DNA of 39,370 nt from a virus: the IMG/VR virus record IMGVR_UViG_3300042284_000040; one strand, written 5' to 3'. This document shows positions 32,825 through 39,370 of this stretch, one piece after another. The notes under the pieces were generated by a model. The model made no database searches and was not told the origin of the DNA. It saw nothing but the letters and a program-made list of their open reading frames with translations. Each line of letters starts with the position of its first letter. Within the stretch, counting starts at the first letter, position 1. The position numbers were made by a program, and so were the translations under genes.

Positions 32825-33214
32825 CTACTGTTTAAATTCTCCGCCGTTTTTATCAATGCGGATTTCAACCCGTTCATTCAATTTGTCAATTTTATGGCCG
32901 AGTGATTCCAACATTTTGTAAACGCGGTCATACTCTTTTGCGACTCGCGCTTCGCATGCGTTACGGCATGAATGGCAATCTCCCTGCCGGACATATGAGT
33001 TTGCCACCTCAAGCTGGTGATTATTCAATGCGGACAATGCCGTGTCCAACTTGTCATTCATCCGCTTTATTTCATCCTGCATGGCCTGAATCTGGTTGTC
33101 ACGGTCAGTAAAAACGCGCATGAGCAGCACGCGCATAACGATGCCAGTCAGTCCTCCGCCAGTGACAGCCCCAACGCCTGCGGCAATTCCCGTTGTTGCG
33201 TCCATGCTATTCAT
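32825..33214 (-). CDS. Membrane-anchored coiled-coil protein, i-spanin-like (129 aa)
   Basis: N-terminal hydrophobic segment GIAAGVGAVTGGGLTGIVMRVLLM, then heptad-like helical sequence. Last gene of the lysis cassette. Confidence 0.35.
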   Translation of the reverse strand: MNSMDATTGIAAGVGAVTGGGLTGIVMRVLLMRVFTDRDNQIQAMQDEIKRMNDKLDTALSALNNHQLEVANSYVRQGDCHSCRNACEARVAKEYDRVYKMLESLGHKIDKLNERVEIRIDKNGGEFKQ

Positions 33215-33818
33215 GGCCCCCTTTTTTTCCTTTCTGCGTCAGCGCATCAAGCCAGCCGGTTCCGCCCTGTTTTGCCATGGTTTCCCCTGCCTGTATGCGC
33301 TGCATTTTTCCGCGATGCCATGATGCAACGCCGAGGATAGCAGCAGGGATACCGAACAACGCGGCCATACTGGAGACTACCGCCGGAAGCTGCGCTATGA
33401 ACGAGGCGGTATCCTGCAACGCCATCATGACAAGCACGCCTGAAATTGCGAGGGCCACAAGACCGAACGCGACGGCGGACACGAAACCCCAGAACGGCCG
33501 CCACCGCCTCGCCCAGACGTCTTCCGACTTCGCTTCCGCCCTCATGGTGGCGTTAACTTCTTTCACAATGAGCGTTTCCGCCTTGAGCCGTTCCAGCCGG
33601 TACTCATGCGCCTGAGTCTCAAAAAGTTTTGCAAGCTGCGGGTCTGCTGCGATTTTATCAACAGCCGCTTTGTCATCCTCGATACCGGTAACACGCTTTG
33701 CGATTCCAACAACTTCCGTAGCAACCTTTTCCGCATCATCACCGCCAAACCATCCGGCAATGGACGGGGCCGCCTGCAAAAGGGCAGGAATCAACGACAG
33801 AGCAACGCCAATCATCAC
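33207..33818 (-). CDS. Holin with three predicted transmembrane segments (203 aa; GTA-type 3-TM holin-like)
   Basis: Hydrophobic stretches at the N-terminus, at PFWGFVSAVAFGLVALAISGVLVMMAL and at LPAVVSSMAALFGIPAAILGVASW. ATGA overlap with the endolysin gene. Confidence 0.55.
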   Translation of the reverse strand: MMIGVALSLIPALLQAAPSIAGWFGGDDAEKVATEVVGIAKRVTGIEDDKAAVDKIAADPQLAKLFETQAHEYRLERLKAETLIVKEVNATMRAEAKSEDVWARRWRPFWGFVSAVAFGLVALAISGVLVMMALQDTASFIAQLPAVVSSMAALFGIPAAILGVASWHRGKMQRIQAGETMAKQGGTGWLDALTQKGKKGGHE

Positions 33819-34216
33819 ACCCCCACAATCTGGTAATGCGGTTTATCAACGAAAGTTTTCCAATCCCCGCCCCACTCAATCGTGACACCATCCGGCAGCA
33901 CGTCGTCTGCCGCGCGCATCATTGCATCCCGAACAGACAGCCAGGCGGTATCCGGAATATCCGAAACGCTTGAAAATCCTGATGGGTAAATGTCTACGGC
34001 ATGACAAAAGCCTGATTTTTCATTTATCAGGTGCTTACTGTTGAGCGTCTTGCTTCTGCCCTCAGCGACAAGATGCAGTTGCCGCTCGATAGTTCTCACA
34101 CCCTCAACAACTCCAAAATCAACTTCGGAAACAGACAACGCCCTGACAACAACACCAATGAGCAACGGATGGACACCGTTCAACCTGCCAATGCTTCGAT
34201 TGCTGAATTTAAACAT
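33815..34216 (-). CDS. Endolysin, peptidase M15 (VanY / L-Ala-D-Glu peptidase-like; 133 aa)
   Basis: Zn-ligand pattern SKHL...HAVDI...DKPHYQ and a GGDW motif. The ATG at 34216 follows GAGAGG with a 7-nt spacer. Confidence 0.7.
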   Translation of the reverse strand: MFKFSNRSIGRLNGVHPLLIGVVVRALSVSEVDFGVVEGVRTIERQLHLVAEGRSKTLNSKHLINEKSGFCHAVDIYPSGFSSVSDIPDTAWLSVRDAMMRAADDVLPDGVTIEWGGDWKTFVDKPHYQIVGV

Positions 34217-34217
34217 A

Positions 34218-34255
34218 GAAAAACCTCTCGCATGGTGTGTTAGCAAGAGGTTTTC
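34218..34255 (-). promoter_or_regulatory. Hairpin overlapping the endolysin ribosome binding site (attenuator / terminator-like)
   Basis: Minus strand: GAAAACCTCT, a 17-nt loop, AGAGGTTTTTC, then TATG. The 3' arm contains the GAGAGG Shine-Dalgarno of the endolysin gene. Confidence 0.45.
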
Positions 34256-34275
34256 AAGTAGCCAAGCGACTTTTA

Positions 34276-34488
34276 TTACTCAATCCCGCTTTTCTTCGTC
34301 GGCGGTCTCCCAAGGCGCGCCCCGCTCAAAAAATACTCGTCACATTTTTTAAAGGCGCGATGCAGACGTTCACGGCTCTGTACTGAGCCGGTCTGTTCAT
34401 AGTCCCAATGCGCATTATACAGGTCAAACAGCCTTTTCCACTCGCCTTTTTCAACGGTCATCAGTTCCGAATCACGCATCCTTTTCAA
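34276..34488 (-). CDS. Hypothetical protein (70 aa)
   Basis: ATGA-type overlap with the upstream VRR-NUC gene. Confidence 0.5.
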   Translation of the reverse strand: MKRMRDSELMTVEKGEWKRLFDLYNAHWDYEQTGSVQSRERLHRAFKKCDEYFLSGARLGRPPTKKSGIE

Positions 34489-35039
34489 TCCCCGTCAAGT
34501 AATGGTTTAAACGTCTCCTGTCCGTCCCCTTCAAGATATTCTATCAGCGCATTTTTTGCCGCCTCAAATCCGTGGCACACAATGCACGCATAGCCCTGCC
34601 GCCACAGGTTGCGCATCACTTCGCGCTGCTCTGGTGACACCCTGCCGCCTCTCTTGCGTTTCATTTCGATAAATAGGCCGTGGAATCCCAACCTCGCATG
34701 AGCAAAGAAAATGTCAGGCACTCCGGCCTTTGCGCCCTCTGCTTTCATCCTTGCGGCAGTCGCCTTGTGGCGATGTCCACCGTTTGGCGTTGCCCAGAGT
34801 ACGGCGTCCAGTTCCTGCGGCAGATATAACTCTGCCCATTTGAAAAACAGCACTTGCTCGTCATGCTCCGAATTTTGTTTTTGAGTCGCGTTTTTCTTTC
34901 GACCTGAACCGTTGTCCGCCTTATCGCTTTTTTTCTCTCTCAAGCCATCCTCGCGTGAAAAACAAGCATTCACGCGCTGCTTTTCTATCCACTTTTCAAG
35001 CCCACCGGCGGCTTGAATTTCTGCCGCGCTCACGCCCAC
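34485..35039 (-). CDS. VRR-NUC domain nuclease (184 aa)
   Basis: Pattern HDEQVLFFKW...TPNGGHR...GVPDIFF...GLFIEMKRKRGGRVSPEQ (PD...ExK). Confidence 0.65.
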   Translation of the reverse strand: MGVSAAEIQAAGGLEKWIEKQRVNACFSREDGLREKKSDKADNGSGRKKNATQKQNSEHDEQVLFFKWAELYLPQELDAVLWATPNGGHRHKATAARMKAEGAKAGVPDIFFAHARLGFHGLFIEMKRKRGGRVSPEQREVMRNLWRQGYACIVCHGFEAAKNALIEYLEGDGQETFKPLLDGD

Positions 35040-35533
35040 AACTCAAGCCCCCGCGCTTTCTCATCGTAAAGGCTCATGTTTTCGCATGCATCGCACATAT
35101 ACCCGCGTGCATTTGCGCATGTCTGGCGGCATTCAGGGCAAACGAGAGGCTCCAAGCGATCCTTGACTTTCAGGCGGTGCGCCTCAACGGAATGCCAGAA
35201 CGTTGCATTGTGCCGCATGATTTCCAGAAACTGCGGAAGCATCACTTCAAACAGGTCCACATATTCCTCAGCCAACTGGTCAGTTGCGTGATGCGGCAGT
35301 TCATGTGTACCCGCGAGCATGGATGCAAATTTACAGGCTCGTGCTGCAAACTCTGCCGCCTCTTCTGCTGTTTTCAGCATTTGGGCATTGCTCCCGAATC
35401 GTTTCAGCATCCCCATAGCCATAAAACGCAATTCTCCGTCCGGTGTTCTGTTCACGTCACAATCCCCTTCCAGCGCATATTTGCACGCGCTGGGGCCGAA
35501 GGTGTTGCATTCGTTGTTGCACATTACTGCCAC
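35030..35533 (-). CDS. MazG-like nucleotide pyrophosphohydrolase flanked by Cys clusters (167 aa)
   Basis: LKTAEEAAEFAARACKF and QLAEEYVDLFEVML fit the EExxE / EExxD MazG motifs. N-terminal CNNECNTFGPSAC and C-terminal CPECRQTC...CDAC. Confidence 0.45.
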   Translation of the reverse strand: MAVMCNNECNTFGPSACKYALEGDCDVNRTPDGELRFMAMGMLKRFGSNAQMLKTAEEAAEFAARACKFASMLAGTHELPHHATDQLAEEYVDLFEVMLPQFLEIMRHNATFWHSVEAHRLKVKDRLEPLVCPECRQTCANARGYMCDACENMSLYDEKARGLELWA

Positions 35534-35727
35534 CGCCTGCGAATTATATCCTCCCGAATGCTGCTAAGCTCCAAATACGCCATGACAACAAGCGGACCAG
35601 TGTACCCAAAATACATTCTTCCAAACTTGCGATGCACGAGCTTCACATATCGTTCGGCAACTGCAAGCTGTTCGTGTGTTTTGCAACTTGCAACAACTGC
35701 TTTTGCCTTTAGAATTAATTCGTTCAT
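35524..35727 (-). CDS. Hypothetical protein (67 aa)
   Basis: AGGAG 8 nt upstream of the ATG. Confidence 0.5.
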   Translation of the reverse strand: MNELILKAKAVVASCKTHEQLAVAERYVKLVHRKFGRMYFGYTGPLVVMAYLELSSIREDIIRRRWQ

Positions 35728-35729
35728 TG

Positions 35730-35921
35730 CTATTGCTCCTGTTTAATGTTTTTCAAACTTCTTGAGACAAAAGCCTCAATATTAATTTTTTCTACCGCCT
35801 CATCTGCAAGCGTTTTGTAACTGCGCAACAACGCCATAGCCTCTTCACTGCTGAGATTTCCGTTTCTCATAGCAGAAAGCACGGCCCTTCTATGCTTGTC
35901 AGAACTGCTGTTCAACTCCAT
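35730..35921 (-). CDS. Hypothetical protein (63 aa from the internal ATG; start uncertain)
   Basis: The listed ORF 35730..36020 overlaps the primase-helicase 3' end. The ATG at 35921 cuts the overlap to 23 nt, but its RBS spacing is poor. Confidence 0.35.
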   Translation of the reverse strand: MELNSSSDKHRRAVLSAMRNGNLSSEEAMALLRSYKTLADEAVEKINIEAFVSRSLKNIKQEQ

Positions 35922-37605
35922 CCCCTTTTTCGTAATACGTTGATGTATCGACGTGGAAATTAAATTCCATTTTGTCCACTTTGCCATTGCGACGATAGCG
36001 CACCTTCTGGACATAAACATCGGTCCTTCCGGTTTTCATATCGGGACGATGGACGCACAGGGCGATGTCTGCTTTATTCCGCCACATTGCGCCGCCTGCT
36101 ATGTCGTATGGTGTCGGTATAGGGTATCCTCCGTTTTTGTTTTTTTCGAGCTTCGTAGGGTGCGCTATGACGAAAATATGTATTCGGTTCATCCGAGCGA
36201 ACCGGCGTATTTTCGCAAGCTGCCTGCTGATATACTGGTCCTCGCGTTCTCCTGCCTCAAGGGTATGCTTTATCTCGTTCCAAGGGTCGATAACCAGAAT
36301 CTTTATTCCATGCCTGAATATCAGCGACTTTGCGCAAGTCAGGATGTCGTCAATGGTCATCATGTCCACTTCGCTGTCAGGCTGGATGAAATGAAAACCG
36401 GAACGCACATCATCGATTGCGGATTCAAATTCATCCGGCGTCATTTCGTAGAAATTTTTCGTCGCGTACATTTCCAGCAGCAGGGCCAAGTGGTCCTCTG
36501 CTGGCCAGTTTTCAGGGGAGCAGGCAGCCGATGCCCAGCCGTGAATGCGGAACAGGTTTACACGGAGAGCATCAACCCATGTACTTTTGCCGTGAGAGGG
36601 GATTCCGGTAACAATGGTCATCTGGCCGAGTTCGATATTCAGGATGTTTGAATACAGTGGCCAGCCAATATCAACGCCAGCTTTTTTAACGCCAGAGTAT
36701 TTCAGGTCTGATACTGCATCGTACAGGTCGGCGACGCTTTTAACGCCTTCAACAGGAAACGGCTTTGCCGTATCAATCACCTGCCGAAGATGTTGCTTGC
36801 CATGTTTAACGAGCACGTCGTTTGCGTCTTTGCATCCGGCGGGGTGCGTCACTCTGTAACAGCGTTCAACGCCGATTCTTCTTGCAAGCTCCTCCTCAAG
36901 TTTTTTTCCATTCGGGTCGCTGTCCACATACAGGACAATACGAGCAAACTTTGAAAGAAGTTCCTCTGCCCCTTCAAGGAAATCGAACTTGCTTGTATAT
37001 GTCTTTGCATCTGCATTTGGTGCGCCATCCGGAACGGACAGCGAGGCATTGTGCCCAGATTCGATTACAGAAAGGCAATCCATTTCCCCCTCTGTAATTA
37101 CCAGTGTTTCAGAGTTAGAGCGCAGCGCACCGTCAAAGTTATAAAAGCACTTCCTTGCGTTTTTCTCTTGCCTAAAACGCTTATCTCCGGTGCGATACTT
37201 TACGTTTACAACCTCGCCCCCCATGTAGAACGGGAATTGAACAGTATTAACTATGCCGCCACCATCTGCCCCATGCATCCACGCGGGGCCGGACTTAATT
37301 TTCATTGCCGCAAGGGTCTGCGATGAAATGCCGCGCTGCTCAAACCAAGCCCGCGCCTTGTCGTCCACGTCAGCCTCAACGAAGTGAGGCTTTACGAAAT
37401 GCTTTTTCACGGCCTCACGGGCAAAATCACCGAGGCCGCCAGTCCATCCGCAGTGGTGGCAAAACCAGACACCGTTATCAAGGTCAACGCTCAAGTCCTT
37501 GATGTACTGCTTTTTCCTCTGGCGTGAACATTGAGGACACAATGCGCGGGTATGGCCGCTGCCTGCGTCAACCTCAATGCCGAAATCTGCAAACGTCTTT
37601 GTCAT
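35899..37605 (-). CDS. Bifunctional DNA primase-helicase, T7 gp4-like (568 aa)
   Basis: Zinc-binding CPQC...CHHC. Toprim motifs ITEGEMDCLS and YVDSDPNGKK. Helicase Walker A GIPSHGKST and Walker B ILVIDPW. Confidence 0.8.
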   Translation of the reverse strand: MTKTFADFGIEVDAGSGHTRALCPQCSRQRKKQYIKDLSVDLDNGVWFCHHCGWTGGLGDFAREAVKKHFVKPHFVEADVDDKARAWFEQRGISSQTLAAMKIKSGPAWMHGADGGGIVNTVQFPFYMGGEVVNVKYRTGDKRFRQEKNARKCFYNFDGALRSNSETLVITEGEMDCLSVIESGHNASLSVPDGAPNADAKTYTSKFDFLEGAEELLSKFARIVLYVDSDPNGKKLEEELARRIGVERCYRVTHPAGCKDANDVLVKHGKQHLRQVIDTAKPFPVEGVKSVADLYDAVSDLKYSGVKKAGVDIGWPLYSNILNIELGQMTIVTGIPSHGKSTWVDALRVNLFRIHGWASAACSPENWPAEDHLALLLEMYATKNFYEMTPDEFESAIDDVRSGFHFIQPDSEVDMMTIDDILTCAKSLIFRHGIKILVIDPWNEIKHTLEAGEREDQYISRQLAKIRRFARMNRIHIFVIAHPTKLEKNKNGGYPIPTPYDIAGGAMWRNKADIALCVHRPDMKTGRTDVYVQKVRYRRNGKVDKMEFNFHVDTSTYYEKGDGVEQQF

Positions 37606-37615
37606 GCCATGCCTG

Positions 37616-38404
37616 CTACAAAAAATGGTTGATGTCGTTGGGGTCGTTCAGCCATGCGTAATCAGGATTTGATGCCCGTGCATGCGCCCCTCTCTGTTTC
37701 TCCCATGCCGCATACATATTCTGGAACTTTGTCAACCCATTCGACTTTGACCGCTTCCGCAACCCTGTGATGCTTCGTGCGTTCGTACTCCAGAAGTCAT
37801 CCTCAAGTGCCCACCTGAGAACCTCGCGGATTTGGTCGAGTGTCCAGCCGTCCTTCTCTGTCATCAGCCTGAGCACTTGGCAGGCTGTGTTCGTGCTTGA
37901 CTCTGTAGCCTTCGGAGCCATTGCGCCGAGTGTCGCCGAAACGTGGTTTTGAAATGCCGTCACGAACTCCAAAATTTGGGGGTCACATATTGGTTTCCTT
38001 TGTTCCCTTGGTTCCCTTGGTTCCGTACCAGTTTTGAATGTGTCAACTGGTGTGTCAACTGGTGTGTCAACTGGTGTGTCAACTGGTGTGTCAGTTACTG
38101 TGTCAGTTACTGTGTCAGTTACTGGTACAGTAAAGTTTAAAGTATAGTTATTACTGTTATATTTATTGAATTTCTGCCGCGTTGTCCGCCATGAAATCAT
38201 TCCCATTTCAGCCAGTTCACTCAATGCTCTTTGAACAGTTGTAGGGCTGGCTGAAATCGCAAGCGCGAGCGTCCTCACTGAGGGGTTGCAAACACCTGTC
38301 TTTCTGTTCTGGAATGAAAAAAGAGCGACAGCTAACAACTTGGCGGACGTGCTCGCCTCAGACTCTAAAATAACGTCAAGCGTCTGATATGCGAGAGCCT
38401 TCAT
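37616..38404 (-). CDS. Putative replication initiator / replisome organiser with N-terminal HTH and a repeat-encoded linker (262 aa)
   Basis: N-terminus ...NPSVRTLALAISASPTTVQRALSELAEMGMI (winged-helix/HTH_36-like). Linker (TDTV)x3(DTPV)x4. Sits upstream of the primase-helicase. Confidence 0.55.
   Translation of the reverse strand: MKALAYQTLDVILESEASTSAKLLAVALFSFQNRKTGVCNPSVRTLALAISASPTTVQRALSELAEMGMISWRTTRQKFNKYNSNNYTLNFTVPVTDTVTDTVTDTPVDTPVDTPVDTPVDTFKTGTEPREPREQRKPICDPQILEFVTAFQNHVSATLGAMAPKATESSTNTACQVLRLMTEKDGWTLDQIREVLRWALEDDFWSTNARSITGLRKRSKSNGLTKFQNMYAAWEKQRGAHARASNPDYAWLNDPNDINHFL
37993..38028. repeat. Four tandem 9-bp repeats (GTTYCCKTK)
   Basis: gtttccttt gttcccttg gttcccttg gttccgtac, read directly. 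Encodes EPREPREQRKP on the minus strand. Confidence 0.8.
38039..38122. repeat. Seven tandem 12-bp repeats: 4x TGTGTCAACTGG then 3x TGTGTCAGTTAC (iteron-like)
   Basis: Perfect copies read directly at 38039-38086 and 38087-38122. Followed by an AT-rich tract at 38123-38175. Confidence 0.9.
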
Positions 38405-38408
38405 TTAC

Positions 38409-38549
38409 TCACCGCTCCTTCGGCGTATCAAAACGCGCAGTTTTACAATGCGGGCATATGCGAACCTTCTTTTCATCTCTTGGCATCCACTCATGGCCGC
38501 AACGCTGACATACAAAAATGCGAACCTTTATTTCTTTTATATGCTTCAC
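38409..38549 (-). CDS. Unlisted 46-aa zinc-ribbon protein (VKHIKEIKVRIFVCQRCGHEWMPRDEKKVRICPHCKTARFDTPKER)
   Basis: Hand translation. The GTG at 38549 follows AAGGAG with an 8-nt spacer. Two CxxC pairs. Ends 4 nt before the initiator ATG. Confidence 0.55.
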   Translation of the reverse strand: MKHIKEIKVRIFVCQRCGHEWMPRDEKKVRICPHCKTARFDTPKER

Positions 38550-38592
38550 CTTCTATACTCCTTAGGTTTACCTTTCAGGTAGTTTCTAGCCC

Positions 38593-38628
38593 AAAAAAAA
38601 CGCACCTGTCTACCCCCTCAGGCAGTGT
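38593..38628 (-). terminator. Possible weak terminator/attenuator (imperfect hairpin followed by T8 on the minus strand)
   Basis: Minus strand: CACTGCCTG-AGGGGGTAGA-CAGGTGCG-TTTTTTTT. The stem is short and bulged. Confidence 0.3.
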
Positions 38629-38701
38629 CATGGCTTGAAAAAAATATAGATTTGCTGCAATGTCATGCCTCTTGTGCTCATTGTCGCCGCGCTCTGCTTG
38701 T

Positions 38702-38728
38702 AGCCCCTCAAACGAGGGGCTTTTTTTT
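38702..38728 (+). terminator. Strong hairpin with T8 on the plus strand (AGCCCCTC-AAAC-GAGGGGCT-TTTTTTT); on the minus strand it follows the end of the early-left operon
   Basis: 8-bp G/C stem with a 4-nt loop. The T-run is only on the plus strand, and an A8-like run precedes it on the minus strand. Confidence 0.55.
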
Positions 38729-38734
38729 GCTTTG

Positions 38735-38962
38735 CTACTGTCTGCATTGTGACCTCGCTATAAATAGGGCTATAGGGCCAACGATGAGCGAAACAACATC
38801 CCCGTATTCTTTGTGCAGTGACACCATCCCAAAATGGATATTGTGCCGCTCATCATCGTATTTTACAAACCAAACACGCGGCTTTTCATCCGAGAGCTTT
38901 AATGAGACGCAGAAATTAGAATTGCGCAATGACCACTCTTTTATGAAAAGAGTTTTAGCCAT
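38735..38962 (-). CDS. Hypothetical protein (75 aa from the internal ATG of the listed 38735..39163 ORF)
   Basis: The ATG at 38962 follows GGAGGG. ATGGCTAA stop-start overlap with the upstream gene. Last gene of the leftward early operon. Confidence 0.5.
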   Translation of the reverse strand: MAKTLFIKEWSLRNSNFCVSLKLSDEKPRVWFVKYDDERHNIHFGMVSLHKEYGDVVSLIVGPIALFIARSQCRQ

Positions 38963-39370
38963 TGTGCTGTTCCCTCCACTCGATGTATGCCTTGCAGATT
39001 GCAACGCAGGGGTTGAACCAAGAACACTCCCAACACTCCACCAGAAGCTCATTCTGTTGCGGCTGCATGATGCCATCAACCTTGACACGCTCAACAGTCC
39101 AGACCTGTACCATTGTCCATCGGTCATCGTATGGTTCTTGGCTTTCTGCTTGAAATTCAACATTGACTATCAGGCCTGCTGCCTGAATTTCGCGTATCAA
39201 TTCAAACGCAGCATTCATGTCTTCGGCGTAGTTTTTTGCAGGCGCGCTTCTGGCCCCGCACTTCTTGCATTCGCCGCGCTTATCCACGTCTTCTTTGTAG
39301 CCCTGCACTACGCCGCAGACTTTACATCTGCACAGCGTGCCAAGGCCGTCGGGGACGGTGTATGCGTCAT
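38955..39370 (-). CDS. 3' part of the junction-spanning gene (hypothetical protein, 159 aa once circularised; the ORF is open to the window end)
   Basis: The reading frame stays open from 39308 up to 39370 and continues in the identical copy at 1-191, where a GTG with an AAGGAG RBS is found. Confidence 0.6.
   Translation of the reverse strand, partial: DAYTVPDGLGTLCRCKVCGVVQGYKEDVDKRGECKKCGARSAPAKNYAEDMNAAFELIREIQAAGLIVNVEFQAESQEPYDDRWTMVQVWTVERVKVDGIMQPQQNELLVECWECSWFNPCVAICKAYIEWREQHNG
39244..39370. repeat. Terminal overlap copy 2 (identical to 1-127)
   Basis: Verbatim repeat of the first 127 bases. Confidence 0.9.

Larger units (their letters stand above)
1..39243. mobile_element. Complete circularly closed genome of a tailed, podovirus-like bacteriophage (one unit length)
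   Basis: Terminase, portal, scaffold, capsid, adaptor/nozzle, internal-protein, tail-fibre, lysis and replication genes are all present. The 127-bp end overlap closes the circle and an ORF is continuous across the junction. Confidence 0.85.

Noticed and set aside
32825-33214. Embedded o-spanin (Rz1-like) in an alternative frame of the spanin-like gene
   Set aside because: The only alternative-frame ORF I found (38 aa, MSGREIAIHAVTH...) has no signal peptide or lipobox.
38039-38122. CRISPR-like array
   Set aside because: The units are contiguous 12-bp tandem repeats with no spacers, and they lie in frame inside a protein-coding gene. They are better read as iteron/linker repeats.
38664-38702. 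12-codon hydrophobic mini-ORF MPLVLIVAALCL on the plus strand upstream of the strong hairpin
   Set aside because: Too short, with no Shine-Dalgarno sequence. More likely a chance ORF within a regulatory or ncRNA segment.
1-39370. Lysogeny module (integrase, CI repressor, excisionase) or prophage attachment sites
   Set aside because: No tyrosine- or serine-recombinase-like ORF and no CI-like repressor were found. The only regulator is a small Cro-like HTH protein. The 127-bp terminal repeat is inside a gene and looks like an assembly overlap, not att sites.

Overview
The window is one complete, circularly closed genome of a tailed bacteriophage. Bases 1-127 are repeated verbatim at 39244-39370, so the unique length is 39243 bp, and an ORF reads in frame across the junction. 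Coding density is very high, with many ATGA/TAATG stop-start overlaps and AGGAG-type ribosome binding sites. There are three transcription blocks. (a) A leftward (minus-strand) early operon of about 13 small proteins, mostly Cys-rich or zinc-ribbon. It starts at a divergent control region (2608-2857), runs through coordinate 1 and continues at 39243 down to 38735. (b) A rightward (plus-strand) operon, 2858-9753. It carries a PD-(D/E)XK exonuclease, a putative annealing protein, an SMC/SbcC-like ATPase, several unknowns and a terminal accessory cassette (triple zinc-ribbon protein, acidic protein, DUF4258 toxin-like protein). (c) A long minus-strand block, 38549 down to 9833. In order it encodes: a replication initiator with internal iteron-like repeats; a T7 gp4-like primase-helicase; a MazG-like protein and a VRR-NUC nuclease; a lysis cassette (M15 endolysin, 3-TM holin, spanin-like protein); and terminase small and large subunits. 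These are followed by a podovirus morphogenesis module in T7/BPP-1-like order: portal, scaffold, major capsid, adaptor (gp11-like), nozzle (gp12-like), gp13-like, gp14-like and gp15-like proteins, a giant 2464-aa gp16-slot protein, tail fibre and fibre chaperone. I saw no integrase, CI-type repressor, RNA polymerase, DNA polymerase, tRNA, CRISPR array or reverse transcriptase. The most unusual items are: the giant ejection-slot protein, which carries two HGT-motif (ART-like) modules and an HExxH metallopeptidase motif; 12-bp tandem repeats plus an AT-rich tract inside the initiator gene (lambda-ori-like); a 270-nt GC-rich structured non-coding region upstream of the terminase genes; and the terminal accessory cassette. 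All functional calls come from motif recognition by eye and from gene order. No database search was run.
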